A DNA stretch of 64,000 nucleotides from contig CAVXGR010000012.1 of the NCBI GenBank assembly GCA_963761335.1, positions 704,001 to 768,000 on the forward strand, given 5' to 3'. This stretch comes from an uncultured delta proteobacterium (GTDB lineage Bacteria; Desulfobacterota; Binatia; HRBIN30; BPIQ01). The position numbers were made by a program, and so were the translations under genes. Numbering within the stretch: the stretch's first letter is position 1; the number at the start of each line of letters is the position of its first letter. The notes beneath the pieces are model-generated. The model was not told where the DNA came from. It did not search any database and saw only the letters and a list, made by a program, of their open reading frames with translations. Positions 28,007-37,676 of the stretch are shown one piece after another.

Positions 28007-28399
28007 ATGCCCCGTCTGCTCCGCAGTCCGATCCTCGGCATCGGCCTCGCTCTCATCGCCGTGGGCGGCGGCAACTGGATCAACGGCAGCATCAAGCTGG
28101 CCGAATACGACGCCGTGATCAGCCAGGGCGACCAGCACGTCGGCGCCGGCTCCTACGAGGGCTACCGGCAACTGACGGCGGAGATGAACGCGCAGCTGTT
28201 GCGCCCGCTCACCAACAACATGGCAAGTCGCAGCCGGCCGGAGGAGAAGCGGGAGTTCTACATCGTCGTGCTGCGGGGCGGGCGCCTGCTCACCCTGTTC
28301 GGCGCCTTCCTGGTGCTGTTGGCGGTGGTGCGCCATCGCCGCCGCCGGCCGGGCCGTGGAGCGGGCCAGGCCGTGCAGGGAGAGGCGCAGCGCGCCTGA
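28007..28399 (+). CDS. Hypothetical two-TM membrane protein
   Basis: Hydrophobic segments at both ends; host-like codon usage. Confidence 0.7.
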   Translation: MPRLLRSPILGIGLALIAVGGGNWINGSIKLAEYDAVISQGDQHVGAGSYEGYRQLTAEMNAQLLRPLTNNMASRSRPEEKREFYIVVLRGGRLLTLFGAFLVLLAVVRHRRRRPGRGAGQAVQGEAQRA

Positions 28400-28430
28400 G
28401 CGGGCGCCTGCCGCCTTTCTCGCGGAGATC

Positions 28431-29252
28431 GTGGACGCCTTTGCCCGTTGCTTCCTGCTCGTCTTCGGGCAGCTCGCCGCCGGCGGCTTCATGGCGCTGG
28501 CCGTGCCCCCGTTCCACGAGCTGGAGAGGGGCTTCTACAAGTCGACTGCGGGAGTCTATCTCGGCGCCGGTCTGCTGGCGCTCGCCGGGCAGATCACGCT
28601 GCTGATCAGCGCCCCCGCGATATCCGCGGCGCGCGCCATCGAGGTCGGCGCCTGGACCCTCTTCTGTGCCGCCGCCGCCGTCTACCTCTCGACCCTCTGG
28701 GGAGAGCGCATGCGGCTGCGGGCCCGCGCCTATCTGCTGACCCTGCTGAGCGGCGTCCTGGCGCTCGCCGCCTCCGCCGAGTCGCATCGCCTCGGCGCCA
28801 CCGTCTCCATCGCCACCGTTCTCTACCCGCTGAACTTCTTCTGCTCGGCGCTGCTTCTCGGCGGCGCCACCTGCGGGATGATGCTGGGACACTGGTACCT
28901 GATCGATCCCGGTCTCTCCATCGAGCCGCTGATGAGCGTCCTGCGGCTCTTCGTCGTTGCCTTGGTGCTGCAGCTGAGCATCGCGGCGCTGACCCTCGGT
29001 CTGCTCTGGGTGAGCGGCGGTGCCGCCGGCGGCGCCGTGCAGGCTCTCTTCTCCAGCCACCGCACGCTGCTGGCGGTGCGCGTCGTCGCCGGTCCGCTGG
29101 CCGCCCTGCTCTTCGCCTTCATGATCTGGCGCACCCTGCTGGTGCCGCAGACCATGGCGGCCACCGGCCTCTTCTACATCGCCACACTGGCGGCGATCGT
29201 CGGCGAGATGCTCGGCCGCTTCATCCTGTTTCGCACCTCGTTGCCGCTGTAG
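28431..29252 (+). CDS. Polytopic membrane protein (DmsC/NrfD-anchor-like, uncertain)
   Basis: About 8 TM segments, MMLGHWYL and TMAATGLFY motifs; GTG start after GGAG inferred. Confidence 0.65.
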   Translation: MDAFARCFLLVFGQLAAGGFMALAVPPFHELERGFYKSTAGVYLGAGLLALAGQITLLISAPAISAARAIEVGAWTLFCAAAAVYLSTLWGERMRLRARAYLLTLLSGVLALAASAESHRLGATVSIATVLYPLNFFCSALLLGGATCGMMLGHWYLIDPGLSIEPLMSVLRLFVVALVLQLSIAALTLGLLWVSGGAAGGAVQALFSSHRTLLAVRVVAGPLAALLFAFMIWRTLLVPQTMAATGLFYIATLAAIVGEMLGRFILFRTSLPL

Positions 29253-29261
29253 AGGCGGCGG

Positions 29262-29942
29262 CTAGCGGGCGTCGGCCAGCAGCAGCGGGGCGAGGGGCGG
29301 GCCGCCGCCGGGCTGCTCGACGACGGCGACGGTGCGAATGGCGTTGGCGGTGAGCGCGATCGTTCCGGTGTCGACCACGACCTCGGTGGTGCCGGCGCGG
29401 GTCATGCGGATGCGGTACTCGCCTGTCGGAAAGGTCTGGTACGGGGACACCTCCTTGAAAGAGAGGTCGGCGACCAGCGGCTGCTGGGTCGCGAGATCGG
29501 CCTCGGGAGAGGTCAGATAGACGTCCAGCGCCGGCGCCTGCGGGGCGGCGTGCACGGCGCGCAGCCTGGCCTTCTGCGGCCCGGGGAGGGTCAGGTCGTC
29601 CTCGGCCACCACCAGGTCGATCGAGTCCAGCGCCCCGACCGCAAACAGCGAATATGTAAAGTTCTCCTTGAAGTATACGCGGCGCTGGAGCACCGCCGCG
29701 GCATTGCTCGCGAGGCGCAGCTCCACCTGTCGGTCGCCGCTGGGCACGCCGAAATAGCCGGTGGCGGTGCCGAAGCCCAGGCCGGCGAATACGGCGCCGC
29801 CGTCGATGGCGACATCGAGAGCCGGGGTATCTGCGGAGAGATGGACGACACTGGCGAAGGAGGCCTTGTCGCCACTGCCGCACGCCGACAGAAGGAGGCA
29901 GAAAGCCACGGTGGCCGCGACGGCGATTCTGTAGCGCTTCAT
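29262..29942 (-). CDS. DUF4397-like lipoprotein
   Basis: Lipobox LSAC; duplicated VVHLSADTPALDV / AVHAAPQAPALDVY. Confidence 0.85.
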   Translation of the reverse strand: MKRYRIAVAATVAFCLLLSACGSGDKASFASVVHLSADTPALDVAIDGGAVFAGLGFGTATGYFGVPSGDRQVELRLASNAAAVLQRRVYFKENFTYSLFAVGALDSIDLVVAEDDLTLPGPQKARLRAVHAAPQAPALDVYLTSPEADLATQQPLVADLSFKEVSPYQTFPTGEYRIRMTRAGTTEVVVDTGTIALTANAIRTVAVVEQPGGGPPLAPLLLADAR

Positions 29943-29960
29943 CGATCCCTCCCCGCCCCG

Positions 29961-30851
29961 TCAGGCACAGGTGTCACACGAGGAAAAGCTCTCCGGCTCG
30001 ATCTGGATGGTGCTGTGGCCGATCTGGAAGCGATCCATCAGCAGCTGATTCATCGATTCGAGCATCGCCGGCCGGGGGCGATTCTCCTCGGCAACCACGT
30101 GGCAGGAGAGCGACACCATGCCGCTGCTGATCGTCCAGATGTGGAGATCGTGAACCGCGAGCACACCGCCCACCTCGGCAATCGAGCTGCGCACCTGGTC
30201 GACGTCGATGTGGCCGGGAGCGCCTTCGAGCAGGACGGCGACCGCCTCGCGCAGCAACGCCCAGGCGGAGTAGAGAACCAGCACGCCGATGGCAGCCGAG
30301 GCGACGGGGTCGGCCCAGGTCCAGCCGAAGGCCCAGATCAGAGAACCGGCGACGATGACGCCGACGCTGCCCAGCGTGTCACTGAGGACGTGCAGCCAGG
30401 CGCCGCGGACGTTGAGGCTCTCCTCGCGGCCTTCCTGCAGGAGGCGAAGGCCGATCAGGTTCACCGCCAGCCCGCCGGCGGCGATACCGACCACCAGCGC
30501 GCCGCGCACTTCCGGCGGCGCGCTGATGCGCTGATAGGCCTCGACGAAGACGAAGGCGGATATCGCCACCAGAGCCGCGCCGTTCACCAGGGCGGCGAGG
30601 ATCTCGGCGCGATAGTAGCCGTAGGTGCGCCGCGACGTCGGCGGCCGCTGCGCGATCCACAGGGCGAAGAGGCTGAGGCCGAGGGCACCGACGTCGGAGA
30701 GCATGTGGGCGGCGTCGGCGAGCAGTGCCAGCGAGTTGGTGATCAGGCCGCCGGCGATCTCGGCGCCCATGTACGCACAGGCGAGAACCATCACCGCCGT
30801 CAGGCGCCGCCGGTTCTGGGCGCGCCCGCGATCGTGGGCGTGCGGGGTCAT
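29961..30851 (-). CDS. Cation diffusion facilitator (CzcD/ZitB-like Zn/Co/Cd exporter)
   Basis: SLALLADAAHMLSD, TYGYYRAE, NVRGAWLHVLSD, VHDLHIW, HSTIQIE. Confidence 0.93.
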   Translation of the reverse strand: MTPHAHDRGRAQNRRRLTAVMVLACAYMGAEIAGGLITNSLALLADAAHMLSDVGALGLSLFALWIAQRPPTSRRTYGYYRAEILAALVNGAALVAISAFVFVEAYQRISAPPEVRGALVVGIAAGGLAVNLIGLRLLQEGREESLNVRGAWLHVLSDTLGSVGVIVAGSLIWAFGWTWADPVASAAIGVLVLYSAWALLREAVAVLLEGAPGHIDVDQVRSSIAEVGGVLAVHDLHIWTISSGMVSLSCHVVAEENRPRPAMLESMNQLLMDRFQIGHSTIQIEPESFSSCDTCA

Positions 30852-31297
30852 CGCCGCGGCTCCGGCACGCCGGCGGGGCGCCGCTGCCGCCGCCGCGCCG
30901 CGCCGGCGCGCGGCGGCGACTCGGCGTCGCCGTGGCGCACGTGCTCGCGCGACAGGTCGAGCAGCAAACGAACGTGGGCGTCGTCGAGGCTGTAGTACAT
31001 CATCCGGCCGTCGCGCCGGGCGCGCACCACGCCGAGAGTGCGCAGCAGCCGCAGCGCATGCGACACCGAGGTCTCGGGCACCTCGACCACCGCCGCCAGA
31101 TCGCAGACGCAGAGCTCGCCGCCCTCGAGGAGAGCGAAGAGAATGCGCGCCCGCGTCGGATCGGCGAGCAGTCGAAACAGCTCGCTCAGCCGCGAGGCCT
31201 CGCCCAGGGGAATCAGCCGCTGCCGCACCGCCGCCACCCGTTCGGGGTTGATGCCGCGCACCGCGCAGGCATCGAGGGCGACCACCTTCTTCTCCAT
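30848..31297 (-). CDS. ArsR/SmtB-family metal-sensing repressor
   Basis: LADPTRARI, ELCVCDL, VSHALRLL, alpha5 site D-x-H-x10-H-x2-H; ATGA overlap with the CDF gene. Confidence 0.92.
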   Translation of the reverse strand: MEKKVVALDACAVRGINPERVAAVRQRLIPLGEASRLSELFRLLADPTRARILFALLEGGELCVCDLAAVVEVPETSVSHALRLLRTLGVVRARRDGRMMYYSLDDAHVRLLLDLSREHVRHGDAESPPRAGAARRRQRRPAGVPEPRR

Positions 31298-31319
31298 ATC
31301 TGAATAGATATACAGACGT
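31296..31319. promoter_or_regulatory. Candidate SmtB/CzrA-type operator
   Basis: ATATCTGAATA-GA-TATACAGACGT imperfect inverted repeat, AT-rich, touching the repressor start codon. Confidence 0.6.
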
Positions 31320-31439
31320 CGCGCCCGGTTGCAAGACGCGCGCGAGGATCTCCATCGTGCTCGTGCTTGCAATTGCAACTGCGGCGGCGCGGCGTGACTC
31401 GCCTTTGACATGGCCGGCGGAATGTCGCTAAGCGGGCGG

Positions 31440-33692
31440 ATGGCCGCCCCGCCTCCGCGTTTGCCGCCGCCGATCGACGCGTTCCTTCGGCTTCTGGAAG
31501 AACGCGCGCCGCGGCCGTTGACCATTCAGGACATGGCGAGGATGGCCGGCGTCGAGCGCTATGACCGCAAGGCGATCCGCGCCCAGCTCGAGGATCAGGT
31601 GTCGCGGCGGGTGCTGCGCCGCATCGGCAAGACGCGCTACCAGTGGATCCGCGAGATCGAGCGCGCCGCCCGCCCGGCCGGCGAGCGACCGACCGGCGCC
31701 GCCGTGAGCGGCGAGCGGCGCGGCGGCAAGCGCGTCGAGGGCCGCTACACGCGGGTGCGCCAGGGATACGGGTTCGTCGAGGTGCTCGGCCGCCACGCGG
31801 AGCATTTCCCGCGCGACATCCTGGTTCCCGCCGGCGAGGAGGGAGAGGCGCTGCACGGCGATCGCGTCGCCGTCGAGATCACCCGACGCGATCCCCGCCG
31901 CCACCGCGTCGTCGGCCGCGTCGTCGCCGTCACCGAGCCCATGCACGAGCGCGTCATCGGCACCCTGGAGCACGCCGGCGGGCGCTGGCATCTGGTTCCG
32001 GAGAGCGACCTGCTGCCGGTGGTGGTGCTGATCGGCGAGACGATGCCGCGTCGCGAGGACGCCGGGCTGATCGCCGCGGTGCGCCTCACGCGCGGCGCCG
32101 GCGGCGGGCGCCGCCCCGCCGGCGTGCTCGAGGAGGTGCTCGGCGCCGCCGACGACCCGCGCGTGCAGTTCCTCGGCATCGTCTTCGAGCACGGCCTCCG
32201 CCTCGAGTTTCCCGGCGAGGTCGAGGACGAGGTGTCGCAACTTCCCGCCGATCCGGCGCCGCAGGACTGCGCCGGGCGAGAGGATCTGCGAGACCTGCCG
32301 TTCGTCACCATCGACGGCGAGACGGCGCGCGACTTCGACGACGCCGTCTGCCTCGAGGCGCGCCGCGGCGGCAGCGTTCTGCGCGTCGCCATCGCCGACG
32401 TCTCCCACTACGTGCGACCCGGCTCGGCACTCGACGCCGAGGCGCTGCGGCGCGGCACCAGCGTCTACTTTCCCGATCGCGCCATTCCCATGCTGCCCGA
32501 AGCGCTCTCGAGCCAGCTGTGCTCGCTCAACCCCGATCGCGATCGACTCGTTCAGGTGGCGGAGCTGACCTACGACGCGCAGGGCCAGCGCCTCGCATCC
32601 CGCTTCTACCGCGGCGTCATCCGCAGCCGCGCCAGGCTCACCTACGGCAAGGTCGCCGCCGTGCTCTCGCAGACGCAGACCGGCGAGATCGACGCCTGGC
32701 GCCGCGAGCTCGGCGCGCTGGTGGCACAGCTGCAGCAGATGCACCGGCTGATGACGCAGCTCTACCGCAGGCGCGTCGAGGCCGGGTCTCTCGACCTCGA
32801 CCTGCCGGAGGCCCTCGTCGATCTCTCCGAGGAGGGACGCAGCATCGGCGTCCGCCTGTTCCGGCGCAACGACGCGCACCGCATCATCGAGGAGCTCATG
32901 CTCGAGGCGAACGTCGCCGTCGCCACCTTCCTGCGCGAATGCAACGTGCCCTTCCCCTACCGCGTCCACGAGCCTCCGGACCCCAACGACGTCGACGAGC
33001 TCAACCAGCTCCTGCAGGTGTTCGGCATGAGCGTCCAGTACGACGGCCGCGTTCGCCCGCAAGACGTGCAGCGCCTACTGGCGCAGCTCGAGGGCCATGC
33101 GCTGTCGCGCGTGCTCTCGCGCTTCGTCCTGCGCTCGCTCACCCAGGCGCGCTACTCGACCGAGAACCTCGGCCACTTCGGCCTCGCCTTCCCGGTCTAC
33201 TGCCACTTCACCTCGCCCATCCGCCGCTACCCAGACCTCCTCGTACACCGCCAGCTGGGCCACATCTTCGACGATGCCCTCGCCGAGGCGCGCGCCGAGG
33301 AGAGCGCCCTCGAGGAGGAGAGCGTGCAGAGCTCGCAGCGCGAGCGCCAGGCGATGGAGGCCGAGCGCGCCATGCTCGACCTGAAGAAGGCCGAGTTCAT
33401 GCTCGGCCACCTCCTCGAGCCGCAGGCGGGCACCGTGGTCTCGGTGCTCAAGTTCGGGATGTTCGTCGAGCTCGACGCCTATCCGGTGGAGGGCCTGGTG
33501 CGCATCGACGATCTCGAGGACGATCGCTACGTCTTCCTCGACCGCGAGCAGGCCCTCAAGGGCCTCCGCAGCCGGCGGCGCTATCGCCTCGGCGACCGCC
33601 TGCTGGTCGAGGCCACCAACGTGTCGCTGCAGCGCCGCCAGATCGATCTCGCCGTGATCGAGCGATTGCCGTCAACGAGACGCGGCGTCTAA
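31440..33692 (+). CDS. rnr: Ribonuclease R
   Basis: GYGFV, ALHGDRV, FVTIDGETARDFDDA, IADVSHYV, RGTSVYFP, HFTSPIRRYPDL, C-terminal S1; start 31410 or 31440. Confidence 0.93.
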   Translation: MAAPPPRLPPPIDAFLRLLEERAPRPLTIQDMARMAGVERYDRKAIRAQLEDQVSRRVLRRIGKTRYQWIREIERAARPAGERPTGAAVSGERRGGKRVEGRYTRVRQGYGFVEVLGRHAEHFPRDILVPAGEEGEALHGDRVAVEITRRDPRRHRVVGRVVAVTEPMHERVIGTLEHAGGRWHLVPESDLLPVVVLIGETMPRREDAGLIAAVRLTRGAGGGRRPAGVLEEVLGAADDPRVQFLGIVFEHGLRLEFPGEVEDEVSQLPADPAPQDCAGREDLRDLPFVTIDGETARDFDDAVCLEARRGGSVLRVAIADVSHYVRPGSALDAEALRRGTSVYFPDRAIPMLPEALSSQLCSLNPDRDRLVQVAELTYDAQGQRLASRFYRGVIRSRARLTYGKVAAVLSQTQTGEIDAWRRELGALVAQLQQMHRLMTQLYRRRVEAGSLDLDLPEALVDLSEEGRSIGVRLFRRNDAHRIIEELMLEANVAVATFLRECNVPFPYRVHEPPDPNDVDELNQLLQVFGMSVQYDGRVRPQDVQRLLAQLEGHALSRVLSRFVLRSLTQARYSTENLGHFGLAFPVYCHFTSPIRRYPDLLVHRQLGHIFDDALAEARAEESALEEESVQSSQRERQAMEAERAMLDLKKAEFMLGHLLEPQAGTVVSVLKFGMFVELDAYPVEGLVRIDDLEDDRYVFLDREQALKGLRSRRRYRLGDRLLVEATNVSLQRRQIDLAVIERLPSTRRGV

Positions 33693-33823
33693 AACCCGGG
33701 CCCGCGCCCGGGTCCCGTGCCCCTGCCCGGGTGAGCTCAGAGAGAGACCGGGCACGGGCGCGGGCAAAAAAGCGCTGGCAATTCCCCGGGTCCCTCTGCT
33801 AACCGAGCCACGGGGGATTTGCC

Positions 33824-34960
33824 ATGAAGATCGCGACCTTTGGGACAAGGGTGGCCGGGGTGTGCCTGCTGGCGGCACTGGCGGCCGGCTGCGGCGACGA
33901 AGACGCCGCAGCGCCAACCATCGACCAGACCGTTCACCTCAACCAGATTCAGGTGATCGGCACCCACAACAGCTATCATATCCAGCCGCGACCGGAGCTG
34001 TTCTCGGCACTGGTGGCCTTCGATTCCCAGTTCCTGCAGATCGAGTACACGCACCGGCCGCTCGACCAGCAGTTCGAAGAGCAGGACATCCGCCAGATCG
34101 AGATCGACGTCTTCGCCGATCCCAACGGCGGGCTCTACTCGAAGCGGCGCGTGCTGTCGGTGATCGGCGAGGACCCGAGCTCGGGCCTGCCGGAGCTGGA
34201 TCAGCCGGGGCTCAAGGTCCTGCACATCCAGGACGTCGACTTCGAGACCACCTGCCTCACCTTCGTCGACTGCCTCGAGACGGTGAAGCAATGGTCGGAC
34301 GCACATCCGCGGCACGTGCCGATCGCGATTCTGGTGGAGGCGAAAGACGACGCCATCATCGATCCTCTGAACCTCGGCTTCACCGTCCCCCTGCCCTTCG
34401 ACTCCGAGCAGTTCGACAACCTCGACGCCGAGATCCGTTCCGTGTTTCCGCCGCAGCAGCTGATCACCCCGGACGACGTGCGCGGCGAGCGCGACACCCT
34501 CGAGGAGGCGGTGCTGAACGACGGCTGGCCGACCCTCGGGGAATCGCGCGGCCGGGTGATGTTCCTGCTCGACAACGGCGGCAAGCGCGACATCTACCGC
34601 GACGGGCACCCGTCGCTGCGCGGTCGCATCCTGTTCACCAACTCCTCGCCCGGAGAGCCCGATGCCGCCTTCGTCGAGCAGAACGATCCGCTCGCCGATC
34701 CCAACCGCATCCCGGAGCTGGTGAGCGCCGGCTATGTGGTGCGCACGCGCGCCGACGCCGACACGGCCGAGGGGCGCAGCGGCGATACGACGACCCGCGA
34801 CGCCGCTCTCGCCAGCGGCGCGCAGTACGTCAGCACCGACTATCCGCCGGGAGACAACCCCTTCGGCACCGGTTACCTCGTCACTCTGCCGGACGGCCTG
34901 GTGGCTCGCTGCAACCCGATCAACGCGCCGCCGGAATGCATCTCGTCACAGCTCGAGTAG
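33824..34960 (+). CDS. Ca-dependent phosphoinositide phospholipase C-like lipoprotein
   Basis: Lipobox AAGC; QVIGTHNSYH, RQIEIDV, WSDAHPRHVPI, VRTRAD, GAQYVSTDY. Confidence 0.85.
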   Translation: MKIATFGTRVAGVCLLAALAAGCGDEDAAAPTIDQTVHLNQIQVIGTHNSYHIQPRPELFSALVAFDSQFLQIEYTHRPLDQQFEEQDIRQIEIDVFADPNGGLYSKRRVLSVIGEDPSSGLPELDQPGLKVLHIQDVDFETTCLTFVDCLETVKQWSDAHPRHVPIAILVEAKDDAIIDPLNLGFTVPLPFDSEQFDNLDAEIRSVFPPQQLITPDDVRGERDTLEEAVLNDGWPTLGESRGRVMFLLDNGGKRDIYRDGHPSLRGRILFTNSSPGEPDAAFVEQNDPLADPNRIPELVSAGYVVRTRADADTAEGRSGDTTTRDAALASGAQYVSTDYPPGDNPFGTGYLVTLPDGLVARCNPINAPPECISSQLE

Positions 34961-35052
34961 CGGCCACTCACAACAGCTTCTGCAGAGGAAAGCGGCCGCG
35001 CTTCTTCAGAAGAGGCGCCCACAGATCCTGCGCGAAGCTCGCCCGCGGCACC

Positions 35053-35676
35053 TCAGGCGGCCACCCCGAGTGGCTGGCGCGCCTGCAGGCGCGCCAGCGC
35101 CCGCACGGCGAGCGCCGCCAGCAGCATAGCGGCGAGTGGCGCGTAGGCCGGTGACTGCATCAGCGCCCGGGGCAGATAGCTGACCGAGAAGATCAGCCAG
35201 ATGTAGTAGCCGCCGGCCAGATGCAGCCGCCGCCAGGCCAGCGGCCCGAGCCAGCGGGCAGTGCGGTCGAAGGAGGTCGCCGTCATCGCGGCGATGAACG
35301 CATAGGCGATGCCTCCACCCACCAGCGCCGAGGCGCCGAGCTGGGGCGGGCTGTCGGCGACGCGCAGGAGCGCGACGATGGCCAGCAGATGGAGGAGATG
35401 CGAGTAGGCGAACGAGACGCCGAGATAGCGCCGGTTGCGCCGCATCCAGCGCGTCGCCGGTGACGGCCAGAGCCGCCGCAAAGAGGATGCCGTGAAGGCG
35501 CCGAGAAAGAGCACGAGCGAGGTGCGCGCCGTAGCGCGGATGAGCACGCGGACACCGGCCTCGCCGGCGCCGTAGGCGGCGAGCAGCGCCAGGCACATCG
35601 CCGTGAGCCCCAGAGCCGCGGCGCCGAAGAATCCCCAGCCGCCGGAGAAGCGCCGCCTTGCCCGCATCGCGTCCAT
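35053..35676 (-). CDS. Ferric reductase-like transmembrane protein (MsrQ-like)
   Basis: RNRRYLGVSFAYSHLLH, MTATS, WRRLH. Confidence 0.75.
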   Translation of the reverse strand: MDAMRARRRFSGGWGFFGAAALGLTAMCLALLAAYGAGEAGVRVLIRATARTSLVLFLGAFTASSLRRLWPSPATRWMRRNRRYLGVSFAYSHLLHLLAIVALLRVADSPPQLGASALVGGGIAYAFIAAMTATSFDRTARWLGPLAWRRLHLAGGYYIWLIFSVSYLPRALMQSPAYAPLAAMLLAALAVRALARLQARQPLGVAA

Positions 35677-35857
35677 GCCGCCAGTCTCATCACAAAGGCC
35701 GTGCGCCGAAAAGGGCAGCGCCGCCGCTGCGTTTCCACGATCGCGCAAGAGCCCCGTGCGGGTGATCCCGGGCGCAGAGGCGGCAGTGCGGCTCTTCTCG
35801 TCTTGAGCTTGACGCACCCCGTTTGACGCAAGGTGGTATTCGGGGAATAGGAGGGGC

Positions 35858-36979
35858 ATGAAGTCCTTCTGGGCAATGGTGAGAAAGGAATTTCTCCACA
35901 TCGGCCGGGATCCGCAGCTGGTCGGATTCGTTCTCGGATTGCCGGTGCTACTGCTCATCCTCTTCGGCTATGCGCTGCGTCTGAAGGTCGACAACATGGC
36001 CCTCGACGTCGTCGACCAGGACCACTCGTTCTTCAGCACCGAGGTCAAGGACCGCCTGCGCAACGCCCACTTCGCGGTGCGCGAGGTGAAGACCGAGGAG
36101 GAGATCCGCAACGACCTCCGGCTGGGGCAGGCGCGGCTCGGGCTGATCATTCCCAAGGGCTTCACCCAGCGACTCACCGAGAACGAGCAGACCGACTTCC
36201 CGCTGCTGGTCGACGGCACCATGCCGACCCTGGCGCAGGCGGGGATGTACGGCGCCAGCACGCTCACCAGCGACGAGGCCATGGAAGGGTTGGTGTTCGT
36301 CGACGACCCCGACAAGCCGGCTCCGGTGATCCGCAAGCGCCCCATCAAGATCGTCCAGGAAGTCCTCTTCAATCCCGAGCTCCGCGACTCGGACTTCTTT
36401 CTGCCGGGCACCATCGGCATCGTCATCATGCTCGTCGTCCTCACCCTGTCGTCGGGCCTGGTCCGGGAGAAGGAGCAGGCCACCATCGAGCAGCTGCTGG
36501 TGACGCCGATCTCGCGCTTCTCGCTGATCGCCGGCAAGATGATTCCCTACGGCATCATCGCCGCCGCCGACTTCGTGGTCGTCTCCCTGCTGGCGCGCTT
36601 CATCTTCGCCCTGCCCTTCAACGGCGGCCTCGGCCCGCTGATCGTGCTCTCGCTGCTGTTCATCCTGGCGCTACTGGCCCTGGGCGCGCTCATCTCGACG
36701 ATCTCGGCGACGCAGCTGCAGGCGAACTTCATGGCCGTCTTCGTCATCGTGCCGTCGGTGTTGATGTCGGGCTTCGTCTTCCCGCTGGAGGCCATTCCGC
36801 ACTGGCTGCAGCCGGTCGCCTGGAGCCTGCCGATGACCTACTTCGTCGAAGGCATTCGCGGCTTCACCCTCAAGGGCACCACCTTCATGGAGCAGGGCCG
36901 CGATTTTCTCGCCCTGGCGGGCTTCATGGCGCTGTTCACGACGGTCAGCCTGGCGCGTTTCCGCAAGCAGCTGGCCTAG
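35858..36979 (+). CDS. ABC-2 type transporter permease
   Basis: KEFLHIGRD, LFGYA, VREKEQATIEQLLVTP, MSGFVFP. Confidence 0.92.
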   Translation: MKSFWAMVRKEFLHIGRDPQLVGFVLGLPVLLLILFGYALRLKVDNMALDVVDQDHSFFSTEVKDRLRNAHFAVREVKTEEEIRNDLRLGQARLGLIIPKGFTQRLTENEQTDFPLLVDGTMPTLAQAGMYGASTLTSDEAMEGLVFVDDPDKPAPVIRKRPIKIVQEVLFNPELRDSDFFLPGTIGIVIMLVVLTLSSGLVREKEQATIEQLLVTPISRFSLIAGKMIPYGIIAAADFVVVSLLARFIFALPFNGGLGPLIVLSLLFILALLALGALISTISATQLQANFMAVFVIVPSVLMSGFVFPLEAIPHWLQPVAWSLPMTYFVEGIRGFTLKGTTFMEQGRDFLALAGFMALFTTVSLARFRKQLA

Positions 36980-36998
36980 CGATAGCGGGGAGGAGAGC

Positions 36999-37676
36999 AT
37001 GTCGGCGGTTCTTCAGGACGAGCGGCGCTTCGCCAAGGACACGGTGATCTTCCGCCAGGGGGATTCCGGACACGAGATGTTCGTCATCTCGGAGGGAAAG
37101 GTCAGATTGACGATCGAGGCGGAGGGGCACGAGCGCGAGGTCGGCGTCTTCGGCCGCGGCGAGTTCTTCGGCGAGCTCTCCCTGCTCACCGGAGCCGAGC
37201 GCTCGGCAACGGCGGTGGCGGTGGAGGACTCCGTGCTGCTGATCATCGGCCGCGACGTCTTCGCCATGATGGTGCAGGATGACCTCGACATCGTCTTCAG
37301 CATGCTCAACATCCAGGGACGGCGGCTGACGCGCACCAACGAGCCGATCCACGAGCTGCTGCAGTGTCTGGCGCACATCCGCATCGCCGCCCACGGCCTG
37401 CGCCAGCTGCGGCACACCGAGGCGCCCGCCCTGAGCTTGGAGATCGCCCAGGTGGCCGCCGATCTGCAGCTCAATCCCGGGGTGGTGGAAGCGGCGGTGA
37501 GTGAGCTCGTCGAGTCCGGCGTGGGCGCCGTCCGGGACGGCAAGTGGAAGGTGCGCCGCGAGGACAGCGGTCCGCTGCTCGACGCTCTCTACCGCTATGC
37601 CGAGACTACCGCGGCACGCAATCGCGGCGCCGTCAGCGCGCCTCCGCCTCCGCCTTCAGATCCATCTGCCGGGTGA
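36999..37676 (+). CDS. Cyclic nucleotide-binding (Crp/Fnr-like) protein
   Basis: IFRQGD, ISEGKV, GEFFGELSLL, RSATA; possible C-terminal HTH. Confidence 0.85.
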   Translation: MSAVLQDERRFAKDTVIFRQGDSGHEMFVISEGKVRLTIEAEGHEREVGVFGRGEFFGELSLLTGAERSATAVAVEDSVLLIIGRDVFAMMVQDDLDIVFSMLNIQGRRLTRTNEPIHELLQCLAHIRIAAHGLRQLRHTEAPALSLEIAQVAADLQLNPGVVEAAVSELVESGVGAVRDGKWKVRREDSGPLLDALYRYAETTAARNRGAVSAPPPPPSDPSAG

